26,617 nt of DNA from a virus (Duplodnaviria; Caudoviricetes). The first letter of the stretch is position 1, and the number at the start of each line of letters is the position of its first letter. The notes under the pieces are model-generated. The model had not been told where the DNA came from. It ran no database searches and saw only the letters and a list, made by a program, of their open reading frames with translations. Location: positions 1-26,617 of IMG/VR virus record IMGVR_UViG_3300031953_000087. One strand, 5' to 3'. Positions 17,693 to 24,661 of this stretch are shown here, in pieces. Position numbers and translations under genes: made by a program.

Positions 17693-18885
17693 GCACCCAA
17701 ACACCGACCACGAAAGCGATCAGCGAAAACATTATTGCGCAGCTGGAAGCATCGCTAAACCAGACGATCCCGCTGCTGCCGAAATCATTCCTGCGCGTCT
17801 TGTCGAAAGCGCTAGCGGGCGTTTTTATACTGCTCTATAAGTACGCCGGATTCATGTTCCTGCAGCAGTTTGTCAGAACCGCCAGCATTGACCCGACCGA
17901 AATAAACGGCGTTATCGTTCGCCCGCTAATTGAGTGGGGCCGGCTTGTTGATGTCGGCGACCCTGCGCCAGCAACGCAAGCCGAGCTCGTGATCGACATC
18001 ACGGTAAACGCTCAAGGCGGAGCGCTGCCATCGAATTCGCAACTTATTGGCGCAAGCAACGGCGTAACGTACATTACGATCGGGTCGGTCGCGCTTGCGG
18101 CAGCGGTCGTTCAGGCGACAATTCGGGCGGTCTCTGATCAATCCGGAGGCGGGGGCGCGGGCATTATTGGAAACTTAGACGCGGGCGCGGTAGTGTCTTT
18201 CGCTAACCCTTTGGGCAACGTTGCGCGGGCCGCCGCAGTGGTCTCGCAGACGGTAACCGGGGCCGACGGTGAATCAACCGAGGCTTACCGGCAGCGCGTA
18301 GTCGACAGGTTCCAAAAGCGCCCCCAGGGCGGCGCGTATGCTGACTATGAACAGTGGGGCGAGGAGCCGGCCGGGATCCTTAACGTGTACCCGTACACGA
18401 GTCAATTCCCGGGTCAAGTGGATTTGTATGTCGAGGCCACGCCGGAGAGCTCCGGAAGCGTCGACGGGATACCGACACCCGCGCAGCTGCTGGAGGTTTT
18501 AGCCTCGGTAGAATTAGACGACAGCGGCCTCGCAACGAGGCGCCCCGCGAATGCCCTAGTCAACGCCTTGCCGATCGTCCGCGTGGGCTTCGACGTCCGT
18601 GTTACGGGCCTCTTAGTCGATGATCTGGCGCAAGTACGAACCGACATTGAAGCCGCGCTGACCGAGTATTTCGTAAGCCGCGAACCTTTTATCGTGGGCC
18701 TGTCTATCCCCCCGCGTCGCGACAGAATAACGCGTTCGGCCCTCGGCGGCGTGGTCGACGACATCGTTTCGGCCTCGGGCGGGATTTTTAGCGCGGCAAT
18801 TTTAGAGCTTGATTCGACAACGATCGACCTTTACTCGCTCGGTATCGGAGAGAAATCAAAACTTGCCTCGGTTGGGTGGGTATAA
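17689..18885 (+). CDS. Baseplate J-like protein (Mu gp47-like)
   Basis: GADGESTEAYRQRV and PQGGAYADYEQW motifs; 398 aa. Confidence 0.92.
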   Translation: MSTQTPTTKAISENIIAQLEASLNQTIPLLPKSFLRVLSKALAGVFILLYKYAGFMFLQQFVRTASIDPTEINGVIVRPLIEWGRLVDVGDPAPATQAELVIDITVNAQGGALPSNSQLIGASNGVTYITIGSVALAAAVVQATIRAVSDQSGGGGAGIIGNLDAGAVVSFANPLGNVARAAAVVSQTVTGADGESTEAYRQRVVDRFQKRPQGGAYADYEQWGEEPAGILNVYPYTSQFPGQVDLYVEATPESSGSVDGIPTPAQLLEVLASVELDDSGLATRRPANALVNALPIVRVGFDVRVTGLLVDDLAQVRTDIEAALTEYFVSREPFIVGLSIPPRRDRITRSALGGVVDDIVSASGGIFSAAILELDSTTIDLYSLGIGEKSKLASVGWV

Positions 18886-19697
18886 TGATTTTTCGATCGC
18901 TTCGCCACCTGCTGCCAAATGGCCGAGCCTGGCGGGTCACTATCGACAAGCAGCTGCGAAAGTTTTTTGAGGGGCTGGCCAATTCTAACGAGGCCGCCCG
19001 AGAATTTATTGATAGCGTGTGGTCGGATATATTTCCGCAAAAAACGCGAGTGATAACCGCGTGGGAACAGGAGTTCGGCCTGCCGGCGACGGCCTTGTCC
19101 GTTCAGGAGCGCCGGGACCGATTGGCCGCTACGTGGGCCGCTCAAGGCGGGCAGGATCCGGCCTACATTCAAAGGACGTTAAGGGCCAACGGGTTCAACG
19201 TGTACATACATGAATGGTGGCAGCCGGGCACCGAGCCGGCGGTCGGAGTATTCGAGACGGCGACGCCGAGAAACCCGTTAATGTGGTTACGCCGGGAGTT
19301 TACGGGGATCGTTTTGCTGGTCGAGTGTGGCGAGCCGCTGGCGCAGTGCGGCGAGGCGTTTGCACAGGCCGGCAACAGCCTAAACCCGAGGGGGTATCCG
19401 CTTGTAAACAAGGTTACCCGAACCGAGAGGGACATAATACCGCTGTGCGGCGAGGCTTTGGCGCAGTGCGGCGAGGCCGCGGCTATCGCGGGAAACTATA
19501 CTGAGTTTATCGAAAGAATCGTAAACTACACGGTCCCGCAAGATCCGCAGTATTGGCCCTATTTCCTTTATATTGGCGCCGAAACATTCGGCGAACTGGC
19601 CAGCGTCGAGTCGTCCCGTAAGGATGAGTTTGAGCGGTTATCCCTGAAAATTTGCCCGGCGCAACAATGGCTCGGTATACTCGTCGAATATTCATAG
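18885..19697 (+). CDS. Baseplate wedge protein (Mu gp48 / DUF2313-like)
   Basis: HLLPNGRAW, WEQEFGLP, GGQDPAYI and KICPAQ motifs; TAATG coupling supports a start at 18885. Confidence 0.8.
   Translation: MIFRSLRHLLPNGRAWRVTIDKQLRKFFEGLANSNEAAREFIDSVWSDIFPQKTRVITAWEQEFGLPATALSVQERRDRLAATWAAQGGQDPAYIQRTLRANGFNVYIHEWWQPGTEPAVGVFETATPRNPLMWLRREFTGIVLLVECGEPLAQCGEAFAQAGNSLNPRGYPLVNKVTRTERDIIPLCGEALAQCGEAAAIAGNYTEFIERIVNYTVPQDPQYWPYFLYIGAETFGELASVESSRKDEFERLSLKICPAQQWLGILVEYS
19325..19477 (+). repeat. Imperfect direct repeat, 120 nt apart, encoding CGExxAQCGExxAxAGN twice
   Basis: Exact 19-nt core TGGCGCAGTGCGGCGAGGC at 19339-19357 and 19459-19477. Confidence 0.85.
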
Positions 19698-19710
19698 AGG
19701 TGTAAAAAAA

Positions 19711-21825
19711 ATGGCCATCAATCCCGAAACAAAGTACCCCGGAAAAATAACGCCGAGCAGCGCCGAATACCCGTATGGCAAAGCTAGGAATATTACGGTC
19801 CCGGGAGACGGTACGGGGACGCCCTGGGAAGCCGCACTGGTAAACGATATATTCGGGTTTCAGCAAGCCGTTTTAAGCGCGGCTAACATCACGCCGTCGG
19901 GCAATCCGGAGGAAGTGGGCGCGTCTCAATACCTTGAAGGTCTAAAACGGATCCTGCTGCTACCTGTCGGGGCGGTATCGGAGAATTTCGCGGGGGCTTT
20001 CGTGGCGGACGGTCTCCGAGTCCAGGCTGCAGGATGGTTGCCCGCTACGCAGATCGGCGGCGGGGTTTTTGTCGGCCGTCAAAGCGTGGCAAAATCACTG
20101 CATGACGGCGGCAAGTACATAAGCCCAACGGTTCCGGCGGCTAGCGCCCAGCCCGGCGCCGATCTAAACGCCCAGATCGCCAACTTTAACGCGGGCGCCG
20201 GGGAGACGGATCCGGGCGGAAACGGCGTGTATGTCCGCACCGATTCCATTTTAACGCCGCGCGCCTATGGTGCGCAGCTTAACGGCGTAGCGGACGACAC
20301 CGCCGCGCTTGCGTCCTATACGGGCCTGGCCGACGAAAAGGGAGCCGATCTTGTTAATTACACACCCACGCAGACCGTGGCAGAGGCTCTTGCGGCCGCC
20401 GGCGGCGGGCCGGCTGCTTTGGCTGCTGATCTTGACACTATCGCAGAATCCGGCGCCTTTTATGCCGACGTGACCACAGCAAACCGGCCGGATGGGATCG
20501 TCGGAACAGTAAACAGCATCTATGTCGATGCGAATACGGCCTCGCAGCATTTCATTGGATACAGCACTAACCGGGCGTTGTTTCGCGGGCGCTCCGCTGG
20601 CGTTTGGGGCCCGTGGTACGAAGTAACCGCGCAAGAAATATTTAGCGCTGGCTGGCCGACTATTACCGGCGACAATTTGCTGTCGGAAGTCAACACGTCG
20701 TCAGTCGCTGGCTGGACTATTGAAAACGCAAATACAGTATTTACTAGCAGCGCCAGCACTTTAATATTAGACAACGACGGCGGCGGGAAGGGGTTTGTTA
20801 ACCGCGACGTCGCTATGGCTACGAGCGGGGATTACATTGTCTACGCAAAACTTTCATCCGAGTCGGTATCTGGGTCATATAACACTGTTCAGATCGGTCC
20901 GGCAGGTGGCGGAAGGGCGATTCTCTCGCTTGGGTATAACTGGGCTACAGGATCGGAGGAGCAAAACCGTATTTCCGCAGGTTTCCGCAACGGGGCCAAC
21001 GCAGTTGTAGGTATAGCGGGGCCGGTCATCGACTACTCCCTGGGACCGGTTGAACTGGCACTGCTTTACAATAACGAATTTTCTACAGGCACGCTTTTTG
21101 TTAAAGAGTCCGGCGTTTGGGTCGGGTACGGCGCAGTTCAAGCTGACGACCCTTTCCGAAACAAGTTTCGACTTTTACAAGGCGGAGACGCTAATGCTGC
21201 GTTTACTGTTCACGAGCTGTTTGTCGCTAAACCGAACATTGTTTCAATCGGCGACAGCATCACCGAGGGCGCGACGCTATACGCGCCGGATTACTTAGAG
21301 GGGCTGACAAACTACGCCAGCACCTACCAAGGGTATGCAAACATATACACCAATGTCCGCAATAATATAATTGTGAACAAAGGCATTGGATCGCAGAATT
21401 CCTCGCAGATAGATACTAGAATCGCGGGTGTACTAACTGACGCGAATCCCGCAGTCGTGTTTTTGCAAGCGAGCGCAAACGATTTCGGGGCCGGGTTTAC
21501 GCTATCGCAGAGAACAGTAAACATTCAAAACACCATCGACAAAAGCGTAAACGCCGGCGCGAAAGTCGCATTGCTTAACGCGGTCTATCCGAACGCGGAC
21601 GCCGGCGGAATATTCCCGGACGCGCCCGATTATTATAGGGATTGGTGGGAGATTGAGCTCGGCAACATTACCGGGGCTAATATTAAAATTGATTGGATGG
21701 AGGGCTCCGGGATACTAAGCGGCGGAACCTACATGGACACCGCGTTTACGCAGTCCGACGGGGTGCACCCAAACCCAACAGGGTACGCATTGCTGGGCGA
21801 TTACATCGAATCGCTGGAGCCATAA
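19711..21825 (+). CDS. Tail fibre / receptor-binding protein with C-terminal SGNH(GDSL) hydrolase
   Basis: Follows the baseplate genes; GAGGTG RBS; SGNH blocks GDSIT, NKGIGS, ASAND and DGVHPN; pyocin-knob-like segment ending WGPWYEV. Confidence 0.88.
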   Translation: MAINPETKYPGKITPSSAEYPYGKARNITVPGDGTGTPWEAALVNDIFGFQQAVLSAANITPSGNPEEVGASQYLEGLKRILLLPVGAVSENFAGAFVADGLRVQAAGWLPATQIGGGVFVGRQSVAKSLHDGGKYISPTVPAASAQPGADLNAQIANFNAGAGETDPGGNGVYVRTDSILTPRAYGAQLNGVADDTAALASYTGLADEKGADLVNYTPTQTVAEALAAAGGGPAALAADLDTIAESGAFYADVTTANRPDGIVGTVNSIYVDANTASQHFIGYSTNRALFRGRSAGVWGPWYEVTAQEIFSAGWPTITGDNLLSEVNTSSVAGWTIENANTVFTSSASTLILDNDGGGKGFVNRDVAMATSGDYIVYAKLSSESVSGSYNTVQIGPAGGGRAILSLGYNWATGSEEQNRISAGFRNGANAVVGIAGPVIDYSLGPVELALLYNNEFSTGTLFVKESGVWVGYGAVQADDPFRNKFRLLQGGDANAAFTVHELFVAKPNIVSIGDSITEGATLYAPDYLEGLTNYASTYQGYANIYTNVRNNIIVNKGIGSQNSSQIDTRIAGVLTDANPAVVFLQASANDFGAGFTLSQRTVNIQNTIDKSVNAGAKVALLNAVYPNADAGGIFPDAPDYYRDWWEIELGNITGANIKIDWMEGSGILSGGTYMDTAFTQSDGVHPNPTGYALLGDYIESLEP

Positions 21826-21828
21826 AAC

Positions 21829-22263
21829 TTGATTATTAAAAAGGTAATAATCCACGCGGCCGACACCTTCGCCGACATGGACATCGGCGTTGAAGAAATC
21901 CGGCGCTGGCATGTCGAGGGCAACGGCTGGTCGGATATAGGCTATCATTACGTTATTCGGCGAAGCGGTTTAATCGAGCTCGGCCGTGATCTGGACGGCG
22001 ACGGCGACGTCGAAGACGAAATGGGCGCGCACGTCTATGGCCACAACCGCGGAACGCTCGCAATTTGCATGGTCGGGGGCAAGCCGGATTGTAACTTTAC
22101 GAGCGCGCAGTGGCCCTCTTTGGCCTGGCTGGTCGAGGACATTTTGGGCCGGCACGGCCTGACCACCGCCGACGTGGGCGGGCACCGGGACTTTGACAGC
22201 GGAAAAACCTGCCCGACCTTTGACGCTAGAGCATGGGCAAAAACCCTAAAGGTACCATCGTGA
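21829..22263 (+). CDS. Endolysin, N-acetylmuramoyl-L-alanine amidase (Amidase_2, T7 lysozyme-like)
   Basis: IIHAAD, GWSDIGYHYVI, GAHVYGHN and GHRD...KTCP (Zn ligands H, H, C); GGAG upstream of TTG start. Confidence 0.93.
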   Translation: MIIKKVIIHAADTFADMDIGVEEIRRWHVEGNGWSDIGYHYVIRRSGLIELGRDLDGDGDVEDEMGAHVYGHNRGTLAICMVGGKPDCNFTSAQWPSLAWLVEDILGRHGLTTADVGGHRDFDSGKTCPTFDARAWAKTLKVPS

Positions 22264-22832
22264 AACTATGGGACGTAATCAGGACCGTAGGGTCCGGCGT
22301 AATCCGTGAGGTCGTACCAGGCGGCGGGATTCTTGTCGATGCGGTAAACGAGTTCCTGCCGAGCGACAAGAAGCTGCCAAGCAATGCGACCGGCGAGGAC
22401 ATTGACGGGGCGCTGTCGGCGTTGCCGCCCGAGCAGCAGGCGCGGATTCTGGAAAAAGAATTTGACGTCGACCTGACGCGGATCCGCCAGTCGAACGAAA
22501 CGGTCCGGGCGATGCTGGAAAGCGACGCAAAGAACCAGCACACGACCCGGCCTTACATTGCGAAAGGCGCTTTCCATGTCATTGCGTTCGCCGTGGTCCT
22601 CGTGGTATCAACGTGGTCTTATGGCGTCATAATGAACCGGGAGAATCTGGTCGAGGCCGTGTCGAGCGGCTGGCCGTTCGTGCTGTCCGTTATCGGCCCG
22701 TTCGTGGTTCTCCTGCACGCTTATTTTGGCGTTCTAAAATCCGAGCACAAAAACCGCCTTGACGCGGCCGCCGGGAAATCCGGGGCGGCGGGCATGGCCG
22801 GTTTGCTGTCTAACTTAATCAGGCGAAAATAG
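22260..22832 (+). CDS. Putative holin (resembles the GTA 3TM holin family)
   Basis: GTGA overlap with the endolysin stop; TRP motif followed by two hydrophobic segments and AYFG; start moved to GTG 22260. Confidence 0.65.
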   Translation: MKLWDVIRTVGSGVIREVVPGGGILVDAVNEFLPSDKKLPSNATGEDIDGALSALPPEQQARILEKEFDVDLTRIRQSNETVRAMLESDAKNQHTTRPYIAKGAFHVIAFAVVLVVSTWSYGVIMNRENLVEAVSSGWPFVLSVIGPFVVLLHAYFGVLKSEHKNRLDAAAGKSGAAGMAGLLSNLIRRK

Positions 22833-22856
22833 GGGGAGGGGGTGGGGGTCGATGCT

Positions 22857-23210
22857 ATGCCGAGATTTAGTGACGAGCAGCTAGTCCAGCTCCGCCAGGA
22901 GTTCGAGGAGCATAAAGAGGAGCAGGCGCTTTGCTGGGAGCGCCAGGAAGAACGATGGGAGCAACTGGCTGTTATGGTCGAGCAGAACACGCAAACGACC
23001 CGTGAGCTCGCCGAAAGTGTCTGCAAGATAGCGGACAGCACAGCCGGCGTAGTTCGGATTTACGACGATGTTAAAAGCGCCGCGCGGGTCGGCGGATCGG
23101 TTCAGGCCTTTTTGATATGGCTCGGCAAATTGGGGGCCGTGGGGACGGCGTTGGTCGTCGCGATTCGTTGGATCCTTGACAACCTACCGCCCCCAGGCGC
23201 CGGCGGTTAA
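22857..23210 (+). CDS. Coiled-coil protein with a C-terminal transmembrane segment (putative lysis accessory)
   Basis: Glu/Gln-rich helical N-terminus and hydrophobic FLIWLGKLGAVGTALVVAIRWIL; last gene of the lysis cassette. Confidence 0.6.
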   Translation: MPRFSDEQLVQLRQEFEEHKEEQALCWERQEERWEQLAVMVEQNTQTTRELAESVCKIADSTAGVVRIYDDVKSAARVGGSVQAFLIWLGKLGAVGTALVVAIRWILDNLPPPGAGG

Positions 23211-24109
23211 TCGTCGCCAATGACCGACCGATACTCTCCGCCGAATGCCTCCAACAGAATCGAGAAGCACCGCAGCAGCTCGCGGGCCGTGAGGTGAAAC
23301 TCGGCATGCAGCAGCGCGGCGTGATCGTCTGAATCCACATCCTCCAATTTCTCGCGGATCCGGTCCTGCCATTTAATTGATCGCAGGCTCAAGTCCTCGC
23401 CGATCGTGGCGTTCAGGCTGCCGTCGAATTCCGCGTTAAGGGTAACGACCTGTTTCCCGGCGTTTACATGGACCAGAACCTCCAAGCCAAACAGATCGAG
23501 CCCTTTGACCTTGACGCTGCCGGCCTGATCGCCGAGTCCGTGCATTTCGCAAGCCTCGCCGGGGACGATCTCGTCGGGCCGCTCGACATCCCCGGACAGC
23601 CATCCGGTCATCGTAAAGCGCGGCGAGGCCTGAACCGCTGCCGGTCGCACCGGTAGAGACCCGAGAGCCCGTCGCAGCTCCGAGAGAAGCCCCTCGGCCT
23701 TTCCAGCGCCTTGACTGTCGACGACGACGGTCCCGCTTTTCGGGTCGATAAACGCCAGCATATGGGTCGTCTTAATAAACGCCCGGGGCAGCAGTTCGAG
23801 CTCAACCTGCTCTTTTATCTCTCGCATTTCCCGGCGGCCGATAATCCGGTCCGTCTCCCGGGCTCTCTCGTTAGCGTAGCGCGTGACCACGTGGCCGGGG
23901 AGCATACGCTCGTCCGTTCGCAGGCAGACCAGCTGCAGGCCGTCAGAGGCGACCACGAGCTGATCGTCGACGAGGGGCACCCAACCGGAACGCGCGCGCT
24001 CCTGGGGGCCGATCGGTTTCATCTGGTACGGCTGCAGCGCCTCGGCCAACTGATCGCCGGAGAGCTCAAACGGGCGGGTAAACCGCCAGAATCGTGCGTT
24101 CTTGAACAT
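23207..24109 (-). CDS. rdgC: Recombination-associated protein RdgC
   Basis: MFKNA, GWVP, ERMLPGHVV, LLPRAF, LLSELRRALGSLPV and C-terminal AFGGE; 300 aa matches RdgC length. Confidence 0.93.
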   Translation of the reverse strand: MFKNARFWRFTRPFELSGDQLAEALQPYQMKPIGPQERARSGWVPLVDDQLVVASDGLQLVCLRTDERMLPGHVVTRYANERARETDRIIGRREMREIKEQVELELLPRAFIKTTHMLAFIDPKSGTVVVDSQGAGKAEGLLSELRRALGSLPVRPAAVQASPRFTMTGWLSGDVERPDEIVPGEACEMHGLGDQAGSVKVKGLDLFGLEVLVHVNAGKQVVTLNAEFDGSLNATIGEDLSLRSIKWQDRIREKLEDVDSDDHAALLHAEFHLTARELLRCFSILLEAFGGEYRSVIGDD

Positions 24110-24112
24110 GGC

Positions 24113-24661
24113 TTAAAACCTCTTTCCGTTGGCTTTCGCGCGGTTCTCGCGCTTATGGTCGGCCCGATGCCGGTTATATTCCAGTTTTTCCAGCAGCGCG
24201 CCCTGCAGGTCGTAACCGAACGAGTCGGCGACTGCTGCGATTGTGTCGAGCAGGCGCGAGTAGTGGCGGCCCCGTGTCCATTTTCGAATTGCGTCCGGCA
24301 ACAAAGACTCGGCCAGCCGGATAATATCGCGGTTAATCGTCAAGTGACGCGCGCCGACAGACCCGTCACCATAGGGAGGCATCGCGACAAACGTGGCGCG
24401 GGGGGCGTATTTCAAGCCGAGCCGGCCCCCTAAATCCAAAACGCGGATCATCGCGTCGGCCAACTCAACCTCGCCGCCCATTCTATGCGGTAGGTGGTCG
24501 TCGAACAGGCCTTTACGCTCCGCCTCGGTCGCCTCGGCGACCTCTGTGCTGATCAGCTGCAGGGTTTCAAACAGGCAGCGGTTCGGGTCATCCCACCAGC
24601 CGACCGCCTTGTTCTGCGCGTAGATGGCTTTCGATAGCTTGTCGTAATCCATGTCGATCAT
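24113..24661 (-). CDS. MazG-like all-alpha NTP pyrophosphohydrolase
   Basis: GWW, ExxExxE (TEVAEATEAERK), DDHLPHR, EVELADAMIRVLD and EKLEYNRHRADH motifs. Confidence 0.8.
   Translation of the reverse strand: MIDMDYDKLSKAIYAQNKAVGWWDDPNRCLFETLQLISTEVAEATEAERKGLFDDHLPHRMGGEVELADAMIRVLDLGGRLGLKYAPRATFVAMPPYGDGSVGARHLTINRDIIRLAESLLPDAIRKWTRGRHYSRLLDTIAAVADSFGYDLQGALLEKLEYNRHRADHKRENRAKANGKRF

Noticed and set aside
18881-18886. TATAAT as an internal promoter
   Set aside because: It arises from the TAATG stop/start overlap; there is no correctly spaced -35 box or extended -10 TG.
19325-19477. Direct repeat near the tail fibre as a DGR template/variable pair, CRISPR array or invertible segment
   Set aside because: There are only two short in-frame coding copies, the differences are not adenine-specific, and no reverse transcriptase, cas or invertase gene is present.
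6368-22840. KOPS-consensus GGGNAGGG octamers on the + strand (6368-6375, 20785-20792, 22833-22840) as targets of the gamma-like domain
   Set aside because: About four per strand are expected by chance at ~60% GC in 26.6 kb, so three is not enrichment. My manual scan is also not exhaustive.
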